Assembly: GCA_963719515.1 (NCBI GenBank)
Contig: CAVRCJ010000010.1
Span: forward strand, 480,001 to 544,000
DNA length: 64,000 nucleotides
Reading direction: 5' to 3'
Source: an uncultured cyanobacterium
GTDB lineage: Bacteria; Cyanobacteriota; Cyanobacteriia; CAKZMO01
Part shown: in pieces, positions 21,028-30,814 of the stretch
Layout: each line of letters starts with the position of its first letter
How positions within the stretch are numbered: the first letter of the stretch is position 1
Translations under genes and position numbers: made by a program
Notes under the pieces: model-generated
Told to the model about the DNA's origin: nothing
Database searches by the model: none
The model's input: only the letters and a program-made list of their open reading frames with translations

Positions 21028-22701
21028 ATGCCTAGCTCTAAATCCAGCCATGAGTGGTGGCATGGTGCAATTATCTATGAAATTTATGTTAGAAGCTTTT
21101 GCGACAGCAACGGCGACGGGGTGGGCGATCTTAGGGGCATCATCAATAAGCTAGACTACCTATCCTCTTTACCCATTGACGCCATTTGGATTACGCCCTT
21201 CTTTGCCTCACCGATGAAGGATTTTGGGTACGATATCTCAGATTACTACGCCGTTGATCCGCTCTTTGGAACGGTTGAAGACTTTGAAGAGCTGATCGAA
21301 AAAGCCCATGCGCGAGACCTAAAGGTGATTATTGATCAAGTGTGGAGCCACACCTCTGATATCCACCCCTGGTTTGCTGAAAGTCAGTCGAGTCGGGATA
21401 ACTCCAAAGCCGATTGGTATGTGTGGGCTGACGCTAAGGACGGCGATGTCCCCAACAACTGGCTCTCAATTTTCGGGGGGTCGGCCTGGGCCTGGAGCGA
21501 GACGCGCCAGCAATACTATCTCCACAATTTTCTGGACTGTCAGCCGGACCTCAACTGGCACAATGCGGACGTGGTGCGCGTCCTGATGCGAGTGGCAGAG
21601 TTTTGGCTCGATAGAGGCGTGGATGGGTTTCGCCTAGATGCCTGCAATTACTATATACATGACCTCAGCCTGCTGGATAATCCCTCCCGAACGGTGGGAA
21701 TGCCGATTCAAGACGGCGTATCGTCGCTGAACCCCTATTCTAAGTACCTCAACCTTCACAATATGAACGTGGTGAAGAACGTTCAGTCCCTGCGCCGGAT
21801 TCGGAAAGTCCTCAACAAGTATCCCGGCAGCATTGCCATGGGCGAAATTGTGGCTGCCGACGACCCAATGGGCCAGACCGTCCAGTACATCCGCGGCACA
21901 AAGCGGCTGCACACCGCCTACAATAGCGCCCTGCTGGTGAATGAAAGGTTGACGCCGCGGCTCGTTGCTGCGTCCCAAGAAGACCTATCGCTGCACCTAG
22001 AGGACGATGAGGAAGAAATGATCTGCTTGACCATGAGCACCCATGACTTCCCGCGGGCGCGGTCTCGCTGGGCTCCCAAAGATCCCGCCATGATCCCCGC
22101 CTTTGAGAGGCTTTTACTAACGCTGATGTCGACGCTGCGGGGGCTGATTTGCTTTTATCAGGGAGAAGAGCTGGGGCTCACCGAAACCGACATCCCCGAA
22201 GCTGAGATGCAGGATCCCTTCGGCATTCACTTTGCGGATTACTTCTCCGGGCGAGACGGTTGCCGAACTCCCATGCCCTGGCAAAAGGAGGCCGAGAATC
22301 TGGGCTTCACCACCGCTGAGAAACCCTGGATTCGCCTAGATTCTTCGTTTGCCCCTTTGGCCATTGACCGCCAAGAAGAAGACCCCACGTCCCTACTCAA
22401 CTATTTCCGCTCGTTCGTCAAATGGCGTAACCGCCAGCCAGCGCTCAAGTACGGCGACTTCGACCCCATCGAAGTCGGCGATAGCATCTTGTCTTTTATT
22501 CGCAAGATTCCAGACCAGCGGCTGCTGTGCGTCTTCAACCTCAGCGAAGAGACCACAAACTATCTGGTTTCCTGCCGCTACGGCCATCCCCTCAGGCAAA
22601 ACGGAATTACCAACTTCGCGGTGACCAATCTAGGTAACGGGGACCGCACCATTGAACTGGAGCCCTTTGGGTTTGCCATCTTTGAGCGGGAGTTCTTTTA
22701 A
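21028..22701 (+). CDS. GH13 alpha-glucosidase family protein
   Basis: WWHGAIIYEIYVRSF, DFGYDISDY, GFRLDA, THD and RDGCRTPMPW; RBS-like AGGAG/AAGG upstream of ATG 21028. Confidence 0.9.
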   Translation: MPSSKSSHEWWHGAIIYEIYVRSFCDSNGDGVGDLRGIINKLDYLSSLPIDAIWITPFFASPMKDFGYDISDYYAVDPLFGTVEDFEELIEKAHARDLKVIIDQVWSHTSDIHPWFAESQSSRDNSKADWYVWADAKDGDVPNNWLSIFGGSAWAWSETRQQYYLHNFLDCQPDLNWHNADVVRVLMRVAEFWLDRGVDGFRLDACNYYIHDLSLLDNPSRTVGMPIQDGVSSLNPYSKYLNLHNMNVVKNVQSLRRIRKVLNKYPGSIAMGEIVAADDPMGQTVQYIRGTKRLHTAYNSALLVNERLTPRLVAASQEDLSLHLEDDEEEMICLTMSTHDFPRARSRWAPKDPAMIPAFERLLLTLMSTLRGLICFYQGEELGLTETDIPEAEMQDPFGIHFADYFSGRDGCRTPMPWQKEAENLGFTTAEKPWIRLDSSFAPLAIDRQEEDPTSLLNYFRSFVKWRNRQPALKYGDFDPIEVGDSILSFIRKIPDQRLLCVFNLSEETTNYLVSCRYGHPLRQNGITNFAVTNLGNGDRTIELEPFGFAIFEREFF

Positions 22702-24380
22702 AGGGCTTGGGCAATGAGTCCCTCGAAGGGCTGAAGTACCCACCGCTGCCCGGAGCGCGCCTCCCTGGCGTTCTGGACGGCTTGATTGGGGAGCGCTTGA
22801 GCAAGAGCTTGTCCGTGGGTAGACAGTACAAGATGCCAGGTCTCTTTGACGGCCTCTGGCGAGTCAATCGGATCTAGCGCAAAGTTCTGAGGCTGGTCGG
22901 AAAAATTGAGCAAGATCAAAACAGTTTGGCCGGCGTGCGATCGCAAGTAGGCCAGAACAGTGGGGTTTTGCCCCAGTAGCTCCAGGCTACCCTGGAAGAG
23001 AGCTGGGGTTTGCCGCCGCAGCTGAATCAGCCGTTTGTGGTGGCTTAACACGGAGTTAGAGTCAGCCTGCTGTACGGCAACGTTGCGCTGGGCGGCGTCG
23101 CGGTTCAGCTTGTACCACGGCTTGCCGGTGGTAAACCCGGACTGGGGACACTGGTCAGTCCAGGGCATGGGAGTCCGGCAGCCGTCGCGCCCTTTATATT
23201 CTGGCCACCGCACGTGGCCGCGCGGGTCTTGAACGTCTTCTCGGGTCTCTGGTGGGGTGTCCCGCAGCCCGATTTCCTCGCCGTAGTAGAGAAAAGGAAT
23301 ACCCCGCAGGGTAAACAGAAGGGTGGCCAATAGTTTAGCCACCGCATCGGATTGTGCCGGCAGGGCATAGCGCTCGATGGAGCGCGGAAAGTCATGATTG
23401 CTGAGCACCAGGGTTGTGTCCCGGTTGACCAAACTTTGTTCTGTAGCTTGAATAATGTGGCGAAAAGCCTCTGCGCTCAAGGCCGGAACTATGCTGAGAA
23501 AGAAATTGAAGGGCAGATGAATTTCGTCGTTGCGATCGCCATAAAACGGGCGCAAGTCTTCTGGGGTCGGCACCCAAATTTCGCCAATTAGTAGGGGAGC
23601 GTTGCCGCAGCGATCTGTTAGGCCCTGCCGCAGTGTTTTGAGCAGCTGATGATTTCCGGGATGATTGATGGTGTGGACAGGCAGCTGGTTGAACTGAAAA
23701 ATGTTTTGCAGGTAGAGCGGCAGCTCCTCTACGATCGGGTTATTCCGCAAGGCTAGGTCTTCAACCAAGTAGTTGATCGCATCTAGCCGCAGGCCAGCCG
23801 CTCCCTGGTCAATCCAAAATTCGCAAATGCTGGTCATCTCCCGGACGACGTCGGGGTTGCGCCAGTTTAGATCGGGCTGCTGGTGGAGGTGAAAGTGATA
23901 GTAATACTGCTCTGTTTTAGAGTCGAAGGTCCAGCAGGAGCGCTCAAATCCTTCCCAATTATTGGGCGGTCCCCCGTCATGGCCGTCTCGCCAGATGTAC
24001 CAATCTCGCTTGGCAGAGGTTCGAGACTGCCGCGACTCAAGGAAGAAGGGATGCTGGTCGGAGGTGTGGTTGAGAACAATGTCAACAATCACCTTAATGT
24101 TTCGCGCCTTTGCCGCACTGATCAGAGCCTTGAAGATTTTTAGCGTTCCCAAACGCGAATCGATCGCCTTATGATCGCTGATATCGTATCCCAGATCCAC
24201 TTGGGGAGATTCATAGAAAGGCGTGACCCAAATCGCATCAACCCCCAGCCAGCTCAAGTAGTCTAACCGATCAATAACACCTTGCAGATCGCCAACGCCG
24301 TCGCCGTCAGAGTCTTGAAAGCTACGAATGTAGATTTCGTAGAAGACGGCGGTTTTCCACCACGCAGGATCGATTTTCAC
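22698..24380 (-). CDS. GH13 alpha-glucosidase family protein
   Basis: WWKTAVFYEIYIRSF, GLRLDA, IGE, SNHD and RDGCRTPMPW; GTG start. Confidence 0.9.
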   Translation of the reverse strand: MKIDPAWWKTAVFYEIYIRSFQDSDGDGVGDLQGVIDRLDYLSWLGVDAIWVTPFYESPQVDLGYDISDHKAIDSRLGTLKIFKALISAAKARNIKVIVDIVLNHTSDQHPFFLESRQSRTSAKRDWYIWRDGHDGGPPNNWEGFERSCWTFDSKTEQYYYHFHLHQQPDLNWRNPDVVREMTSICEFWIDQGAAGLRLDAINYLVEDLALRNNPIVEELPLYLQNIFQFNQLPVHTINHPGNHQLLKTLRQGLTDRCGNAPLLIGEIWVPTPEDLRPFYGDRNDEIHLPFNFFLSIVPALSAEAFRHIIQATEQSLVNRDTTLVLSNHDFPRSIERYALPAQSDAVAKLLATLLFTLRGIPFLYYGEEIGLRDTPPETREDVQDPRGHVRWPEYKGRDGCRTPMPWTDQCPQSGFTTGKPWYKLNRDAAQRNVAVQQADSNSVLSHHKRLIQLRRQTPALFQGSLELLGQNPTVLAYLRSHAGQTVLILLNFSDQPQNFALDPIDSPEAVKETWHLVLSTHGQALAQALPNQAVQNAREARSGQRWVLQPFEGLIAQAL

Positions 24381-24752
24381 GGTCTAGGCTGTTCCTGAAG
24401 TTTTGTATTAAGTCATGAAGACCCGTGCATTTTGCTCTCAGGAAAACGCAGAAATTGAGGACGTGAAATTGAGGACGTGAGAAATAGATGCAGAAAATTC
24501 TATGAAAGCGGCATTTTCTGGCATTCTTCTGGAGTGATCTTACATGTTGATTGATTGGTTAAGGGAAAAAATTCCGTCTCTAGAGAGTTAACTTCGTATT
24601 TTAGGCAATGGAACTTTGCGGCGCTCAGCCACTGCCCAATACTGCCCAATCACTGATGGAGGATCTGACTTTCTATGCGCCAACGGTATCCCTTGAGGTG
24701 TCACCCGTGGAGCTGAGCGCCCCTGAGGAGGGGCGCTGAAGAGGGGACTTAC

Positions 24753-26043
24753 TTGACATCCTCCCCGCCCTGAAGAGCGGGGATTCCCGGTCTGCCCACT
24801 AGGTGGACTCCCGACGGGTGGACGCCTCAGCGCGGATTGCCCCTGACGAGGTCTTATGCCCGCTCCGCGTCCGTTTAGAGTCTCGGGCTAGCTCCAGCCC
24901 AGACGTTTCAATATTGCGGCTAGCATTGCCGTCCCGGTCTTGGGTTTTGCCGCAACCAAGGCAGACCAGCTCGCGCACCGACAGCTCCAGCTTGCCCCAG
25001 CGGTAGCCGCAGTCGGCACACTTCTGGCTAGTCGGCTCCCACCGGCTGATGACCGATACCTCGCGTTCCAGTATCATCGCGGCCTTGGCCTCACACATGG
25101 TTCGCAGTTCACGCCAGCCCTGCTGCGCAATAGCGCGGGCCAACTTGCGGTTGCGGACCATGCCGGACACGTTCAGGTCTTCAATAGCCACAACGCTATG
25201 GTTGCGAATCAGCCAGGTCGAGAGCTTATGCAGAAAATCCTTGCGGATGTCCCGCTGCTTGGCCTTTAGCTTAGCAATGCGCAGCCGGGTGCGCTCACGG
25301 CGCTTCGACCCCTTGAAGCGCCTATTCAGCTTGCGCTGCTCACGGCGTATCTTGCGGCCAATGCGGTCGTAACCAGGAGACTCAACGCGCTGGCCGCTGC
25401 TGAGCACCGCGAACGTCTTGATACCCAAGTCCACACCCACGCTTTGGTTCTCAGCGCGAATGTGGACTGGCTGCACTTCGACAACGAAGCTCAGAAGATA
25501 GCGGCCTGCTCTGTCCTTGATGACGGTGACGGATGACGGCTCAGACGGCAGCGGCCTCGACCAGCGCACCTTGAGGTTGCCAATTTTGGCTAGATAGACC
25601 TTGTCGCCCTTGAGCGAGAAGCCGCCCTTGCGGAATCGCGCCGACTGGCGGTTGTCTTTGCGCTTGAACCGGGGCGGCATCACCTTTGGTCCTTTGCGCT
25701 TGCCTTTGAGCGAATCAAAGAAGTTTTTGAACGCTACGCCCAAATCGGCGATGGACTGCTGCAGCGGGATATTTGATACCTCGCTCAGCCACTGGCGCTC
25801 AACCGTTTTCTTGGCCTGCGTGATGCAAGCCTTCTGAAGGTCGCCATTCTTAGGCAGCGAATCCGACTCCTTGCACAGTGCTAAGGCGTCGTTCCACACG
25901 ACACGGCAGCAGCCAAACAGCTTGGCTAAGCTGATCTGCTGTCCGGACGTGGGATAGACCCGGTACTGGTAGCGGCACTTCATAAATACAATTGTCCTAC
26001 AAAAGCCGCCCTAAAGGGCGGGGCTTGAGACCCAGTTTTTTTG
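24753..26043 (-). mobile_element. IS200/IS605-family element B (tnpB only)
   Basis: On the minus strand: target TGAC, left end CAAAAAAACTGGGTCTCAAG plus hairpin, right end GAATCCCCGCTCTTCAGGGCGGGGAGGATGTCAA. Confidence 0.88.
24799..25983 (-). CDS. tnpB: RNA-guided endonuclease TnpB
   Basis: YQYRVYP HTH, GVDLG, AIEDLNV, CADC/CLGC and QDRDGNA. Confidence 0.94.
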   Translation of the reverse strand: MKCRYQYRVYPTSGQQISLAKLFGCCRVVWNDALALCKESDSLPKNGDLQKACITQAKKTVERQWLSEVSNIPLQQSIADLGVAFKNFFDSLKGKRKGPKVMPPRFKRKDNRQSARFRKGGFSLKGDKVYLAKIGNLKVRWSRPLPSEPSSVTVIKDRAGRYLLSFVVEVQPVHIRAENQSVGVDLGIKTFAVLSSGQRVESPGYDRIGRKIRREQRKLNRRFKGSKRRERTRLRIAKLKAKQRDIRKDFLHKLSTWLIRNHSVVAIEDLNVSGMVRNRKLARAIAQQGWRELRTMCEAKAAMILEREVSVISRWEPTSQKCADCGYRWGKLELSVRELVCLGCGKTQDRDGNASRNIETSGLELARDSKRTRSGHKTSSGAIRAEASTRREST

Positions 26044-26149
26044 GTCATCGGCTTGAGGGTTACCGGCTAGGGGGCGATCGCGCTGCGGGAGGGAAAAGGA
26101 CGTAGGCCTCGATACGCTAAATTTGTTCTATCCGCTATTCACACCCCCT

Positions 26150-26731
26150 ATGGTTCTCACTCCCTCCACCATGCTCGACCTGGGCACCCAGGCCCCAGCA
26201 TTCCAGCTTAAAGACGTCACCTCCGGCGACACCGTCTCCTTGGACACCTTCGGCGAGGCCCGAGCCCTACTCATCATGTTCATCTGCCGCCACTGCCCCT
26301 TTGTCATGCATGTGCAGCAGGAGCTAGCCCAAATCGGCAAAGCCTACCAGAATAAGCCGTTGGGCATCATTGCCATCAGCGCTAACGACGCCGAGAAATA
26401 CCCCGCTGATGCGCCTGAACGCCTCCAGGAGATGGCCCAGGAGCTAGAGTTCACCTTTCCGCTGTGCTTTGATAAAGATCAGTCGGTGTCGAAGGCCTAC
26501 ACCGCCGCCTGCACGCCGGACTTCTTCGTGTTTGATGGCGATCGCCAGCTGGTTTACCGAGGACAACTTGACGACAGTCGCCCCGGAAACGATAAGCCCG
26601 TCACCGGGAAAGACCTGCGGGGTGCTTTAGATGCTGTGCTAGCCGGTGAATCTTTGCCTACCGATCAGCAGCCCAGCATAGGCTGCAATATCAAGTGGAT
26701 ACCGGGCAACGAGCCGGATTATTTTGGTTAG
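26150..26731 (+). CDS. Thioredoxin-fold AhpC/TSA family protein
   Basis: FICRHCPFV, AACTPDFF and PSIGCNIKW motifs. Confidence 0.9.
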   Translation: MVLTPSTMLDLGTQAPAFQLKDVTSGDTVSLDTFGEARALLIMFICRHCPFVMHVQQELAQIGKAYQNKPLGIIAISANDAEKYPADAPERLQEMAQELEFTFPLCFDKDQSVSKAYTAACTPDFFVFDGDRQLVYRGQLDDSRPGNDKPVTGKDLRGALDAVLAGESLPTDQQPSIGCNIKWIPGNEPDYFG

Positions 26732-26742
26732 CGGGGAATCCT

Positions 26743-27120
26743 ATGGCTTCTAAACGTAAATCTTCTAGCGGTGACCGCGTCGTCTATTCTGAATTTGGCA
26801 GCGGCGCTACCGAACGAGCTCCTGGGCGAGCTCCTGGGCGGGCCACCGAACGGGCCACCCCATCTCGACCACCCGGCGAGCAAAAAATCAGGGTGCAGGT
26901 GAGCCGTAAGGGACGTAAGGGGAAAACGGTGACCCTGCTTACCGGCTTTGAGACAACTCCCGAGATCCTAGCGGCGCTGCTTAAAACCCTCAAGGGGCGC
27001 TGCGGGGCAGGCGGCACCGTCAAAGACGACGTCATCGAAATTCAAGGGGATCACGCCCAGACGATTGTGCAGGTGCTCATTCAGCAGGGGTACGCGGCAA
27101 AAATTAGTGGGGGAAAGTAG
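26743..27120 (+). CDS. yciH: SUI1/YciH translation initiation factor
   Basis: RKGRKGKTVT and CGAGGTVKDDVIEIQGDH motifs. Confidence 0.88.
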   Translation: MASKRKSSSGDRVVYSEFGSGATERAPGRAPGRATERATPSRPPGEQKIRVQVSRKGRKGKTVTLLTGFETTPEILAALLKTLKGRCGAGGTVKDDVIEIQGDHAQTIVQVLIQQGYAAKISGGK

Positions 27121-27246
27121 GGCCGACCGGCTCTACCCAACGGCGGAAACCCGCGATTTACGCTGTCGATCTGTCGGGAGAGAGGCAAAATGGGAGAGTA
27201 GGTGATGCGCATCACCTGAATTTAGGCCCTTCCCGTGGTGTTGCTT

Positions 27247-28782
27247 ATGCCGTCCCCGCGTCCCGACATTGTCTTTTTGGTGCTCGACACCCAGCGCCGC
27301 GATCGCCTGTCCTGTTACGGCTACCCGCTGCCCACCTCGCCCAATATTGACGCGATCGCCGAGGTCAGCACTCGCTTCACCAGCGCTATCTCAGCGGCCC
27401 AGTGGACCATTCCCTCCCACGCCTCCATGTTCACAGGGCGCTACCCCTCGTCCCACGGGGTGCTGCAGTCCTACTCCGTTCTTCCAGATGACCTGCCGAC
27501 GCTGGCAGAGCGCCTCAGTCAGGGCGGCTATTTCACCGCAGGCTTTTGCAACAACCCGCTGGTGGGCGTAATCAACAATGGCCTGCGGCGGGGCTTTTAC
27601 AGCTTTTTGAACTACAGCGGTCTTCTAACCTCCCATCCCAATCAGGCGGGGTTGCAAACTGGGCTGCTGGGGCGATATCGCCAGTTTTTCAAACGCACGT
27701 TGGCTAAAGGGCTCAGCCAAGTTCAAGATGCCTTTGCCCGCTCCGAGCTGATGCTGATGCTGTCCTTTTCGCCGCTGATGGTGCCGCTGTGGCAAACAGC
27801 CCTTAGCTTTAAGGGCAACACCGCCAAATCGCTAGAAGACGCCGCCGACCTGCTCATCAACCGCAATGGCCCCGACGCGGACCAGCCCGTCTTCACCTTC
27901 ATTAATCTCATGGGCACCCACATGCCCTATCACCCCCCCCGCCGCTATATTGAGAAATTTGCCCCCAACGTGCTGAAGGACAAAAAGGCGCGGCACTACC
28001 TGCGGCAGTTCAACAGCGACATCTACGGCTGGCTAGCTCCGCTAGCGGGCTGCTTAGACGAGCATCAAAAAGCTACGCTAGACGGCATGTACGACGCCGA
28101 GGTGGCCTGCCAGGACGAGCAGCTAGGGGTGTTTTTAGATCGCCTCCGGGAGAGCGGCAGGCTGGATAACACCCTGCTGGTGATTTGCTCCGACCACGGG
28201 GAGCACCTGGGGGAAAAACAGTTTATTGGCCATTCCATCTCGCTCTACAACGAGCTGGTCAGCGTGCCCCTGATCGTTCACGCGCCGGGCCAGTCTGGGG
28301 CGGGTGCCGTACGGGACGAGATCGTCTCCACGCGCCAGCTGTTCCACACCATGCTCACCAGCGCGGGGCTAGCGGATGAAGAAGAGCGATCGCTCTCTCT
28401 CATAGACGTCCCTATCGCCGAGAACGGCTACGTCTTTTCAGAAGCCATTCCGCCGCAGAACGTGGTTCACCTGCTAGAGAAACGCCAGCCTGAGCTGATT
28501 CGCGATCGCTTTTGCAACCAGACTCGACGGGCCGTATGGCTGGGCAACTATAAGCTGATTGAGACGGGAAATCAGCTGCTGGAGCTGTACGACGTCCACC
28601 AAGATCCCACCGAAGGACTCAACCTCAGCGCTGTGCTGCCGGAGGATACGGAGGTGCTGCAGGACTACTTAGACGCTTTTTCAGGGGAAAATGTCCCTGC
28701 TGGCGCAGCTAGCCGCGCCCCTGGCTTCGACGACCCGGAGGTCCAGCGGCGGCTACGGGATTTGGGGTATCTGGAAGATTGA
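27247..28782 (+). CDS. Sulfatase-like hydrolase
   Basis: VLDTQRRD, WTIPSHASMFTG, SDHGE and RLRDLGY motifs. Confidence 0.88.
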   Translation: MPSPRPDIVFLVLDTQRRDRLSCYGYPLPTSPNIDAIAEVSTRFTSAISAAQWTIPSHASMFTGRYPSSHGVLQSYSVLPDDLPTLAERLSQGGYFTAGFCNNPLVGVINNGLRRGFYSFLNYSGLLTSHPNQAGLQTGLLGRYRQFFKRTLAKGLSQVQDAFARSELMLMLSFSPLMVPLWQTALSFKGNTAKSLEDAADLLINRNGPDADQPVFTFINLMGTHMPYHPPRRYIEKFAPNVLKDKKARHYLRQFNSDIYGWLAPLAGCLDEHQKATLDGMYDAEVACQDEQLGVFLDRLRESGRLDNTLLVICSDHGEHLGEKQFIGHSISLYNELVSVPLIVHAPGQSGAGAVRDEIVSTRQLFHTMLTSAGLADEEERSLSLIDVPIAENGYVFSEAIPPQNVVHLLEKRQPELIRDRFCNQTRRAVWLGNYKLIETGNQLLELYDVHQDPTEGLNLSAVLPEDTEVLQDYLDAFSGENVPAGAASRAPGFDDPEVQRRLRDLGYLED

Positions 28783-29008
28783 GGGACGGAGGGCGTTGAC
28801 GCTTTAGCGCTCTTTGCCGCTCATTCAGAAATTAATTCGCGCCGGACCCTTTCGAATCGCGTAGCAGCCTACCGCTATGGGGAAAGTGGACGGCATACTA
28901 TTCGGGCTGTCATTCTCTCGGAGCTACAGTCGCTACAAGCGTAATTGAACAGTGACGCGGCAGTCCCTAATCTCAGCGTAGCGGATTAGGGAAGGATAGC
29001 GGCGACCG

Positions 29009-29149
29009 CTAGGGAGCAATCTTAGGCAGTCGCCTCACGTACTCGCGAATTACTAAAGCGATACTCCAGCCCTTGTTATCTGCGTAAGCTTTCAACTTTT
29101 CAAATTCTTCATTGGTCATTCGTACTCTCAACATCTTGTCTAGCGGCAT
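29009..29149 (-). CDS. 46-aa ribbon-helix-helix (CopG-like) protein (below ORF-track cutoff)
   Basis: Manual translation: MPLDKMLRVRMTNEEFEKLKAYADNKGWSIALVIREYVRRLPKIAP*. Confidence 0.8.
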   Translation of the reverse strand: MPLDKMLRVRMTNEEFEKLKAYADNKGWSIALVIREYVRRLPKIAP

Positions 29150-29177
29150 ACTGCTACAACCGTGCTACAATAATTGC

Positions 29178-30422
29178 ATGCTAACACGACGTATCACCTA
29201 CCGGCTATATCCGACCAAACGGCAGGATAGTAAGCTGTTTGAGTGGAAACGTTTGCATTGCTATCTATACAATGCAGCGTTAGCTGACAGGCGCGACATG
29301 TATAAACGCTGGGGCATCAGTGTTGACTATTATGCTCAGCAGAATTGTTTGCCAGCGTTCAAGGCAGAATGGCCTGAATTTGCTGAGCTTGGCAGTCATG
29401 CGCTGCAAGCGACATTAAAGCGGGTTGACTTCGCATTTGAGCGGTTTTTCAAGGGACTTGGAGGATATCCAAAGTTTAAGGGAAACCGCTTTTATGCTGG
29501 CTGGACATATCCGTGTAAGGCAGGCTGGAAAGCGCTCACCGAGGGCAAGCATGGTAGCTTGAAACTGTCTAACCTAGGCGTTATCAAGATGCGCGGCAAC
29601 GCCCGCACATGGGGCACCCCTACCACTTGCACTATCTTCTGTCGGAATGGCAGGTGGTATACCAGCATCACGGTCAAATGCAGCCCGGTGCGGGAGACAG
29701 GGACAGGCGCTATCGGTGTGGACCTGGGCTGCAAAGATGCCATATCGTTCTCGGACCGCATCAAAGAGCGCAAGCCTCAATTTATCGCCGAGGGCGACCG
29801 GGCCGTTAAGCGACTGAGCAAGTCCCTGCAAAGGAAGCGCCGCTCTGACCGGCGTGGTGGGGTGCGTGGCTCTCGCAGATGGAAAGCAGCGCAACAAAAG
29901 ATTTCTAGTCGCAAGCGAACAGTGAAGCGCCAGCGCGAGGATTGGCTTCACCAGGTAACCAGCAGCATAGTACGCGATAACAGCCTAGTTGCTGGCGAAC
30001 AACTCAACGTCAAGGGCATGACTCGCAAGGCCCAGAAGGGTAAGCGGAAAAAGCAAAAGGCCGGTCTCAACCGCTCTATCTTGTCGGTAGGGTTTGCCAC
30101 GATTGGCAAGCTGCTATCCTACAAAGAGGCTGAGGCCGGTGGATTCTATGTCGAGTCCCCTACCCGGCAGCTTAAGCCTACTCAGCGGTGTGCTGTGTGC
30201 TGGCAGACGACGCCCAAGACAATGGCTGAGCGCACTCACGTATGCCAGCACTGCGGTCATGTTGAGGGCCGCGATACCAATGCTGCCCAGGTCAATCTGA
30301 TTTGGGCCAAGGGGCAGGAACTGTCCTCAAGCCGTCGAGTATCAACCTCTACTGATTGCGGAAGCATGAAGCAAGTCGGTGCGTTGAAACGTGCGAAACG
30401 TCTAGCTCAGCCTTGCGGCTAG
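29178..30422 (+). CDS. tnpB: RNA-guided endonuclease TnpB
   Basis: TYRLYP, GVDLG, AGEQLNV, CAVC/CQHC and GRDTNAA; start MLTRR. Confidence 0.92.
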   Translation: MLTRRITYRLYPTKRQDSKLFEWKRLHCYLYNAALADRRDMYKRWGISVDYYAQQNCLPAFKAEWPEFAELGSHALQATLKRVDFAFERFFKGLGGYPKFKGNRFYAGWTYPCKAGWKALTEGKHGSLKLSNLGVIKMRGNARTWGTPTTCTIFCRNGRWYTSITVKCSPVRETGTGAIGVDLGCKDAISFSDRIKERKPQFIAEGDRAVKRLSKSLQRKRRSDRRGGVRGSRRWKAAQQKISSRKRTVKRQREDWLHQVTSSIVRDNSLVAGEQLNVKGMTRKAQKGKRKKQKAGLNRSILSVGFATIGKLLSYKEAEAGGFYVESPTRQLKPTQRCAVCWQTTPKTMAERTHVCQHCGHVEGRDTNAAQVNLIWAKGQELSSSRRVSTSTDCGSMKQVGALKRAKRLAQPCG

Positions 30423-30629
30423 ACGTAGTTCATATTCTTGCTGCTTCCCCTATCCCAAATGGGCAAAATTCGCAGCGGCTATTGTATTGAATTGGGCTAA
30501 CGCTCCTACACAATTTAGCAGGATTCTACCCTTTGCTGAGGGAAGCGTCCCGTCCCTCCAGTAGAGGTTGTTTGAAAGCCTTTCCCAAACAACCTGTTCC
30601 CATCGTTAGACAAAGCGCAGCCGCTGCTA

Positions 30630-30643
30630 AATACACCTGTACT
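30630..30643. promoter_or_regulatory. Putative cyanobacterial LexA box upstream of uvrA
   Basis: AATACACCTGTACT (reverse complement AGTACAGGTGTATT) is close to the AGTAC-N4-GTACT palindrome. Confidence 0.5.
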
Positions 30644-30814
30644 TATACCGAACGCCTGTGATAGCATAAAGCGCTAAGCGATAGAATCATTGCAAAACGT
30701 AAAATTGCTTAGGGCGGTCCACCCCCCCTAATGAAACGGCTGATCGCATCCTCTCAAGACTGTCCCTCAAGCTATCTGGGGGGCTCACTACCGCTCTCTT
30801 ACCGCTGACTCACC

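Larger units (their letters stand above)
28950..30433 (+). mobile_element. IS200/IS605-family element C (no tnpA; RHH-like gene + tnpB)
   Basis: Target (T)TGAA; left-end hairpin CCCTAATC..GATTAGGG preceded by CAGT; right-end hairpin CGTCTAGC..GCTAGACG preceded by GAAA and ending TCAT. Ends are shared with element D. Confidence 0.88.

Noticed and set aside
24451..24650. Direct repeats as a CRISPR mini-array
   Set aside because: They are 10-14-bp adjacent duplications without spacers.
16643..30422. TnpBs as catalytically dead repressors (TldR-like) or Cas12 effectors
   Set aside because: All three full-length proteins keep the RuvC D-E-D residues and IS ends, and no CRISPR array is nearby.
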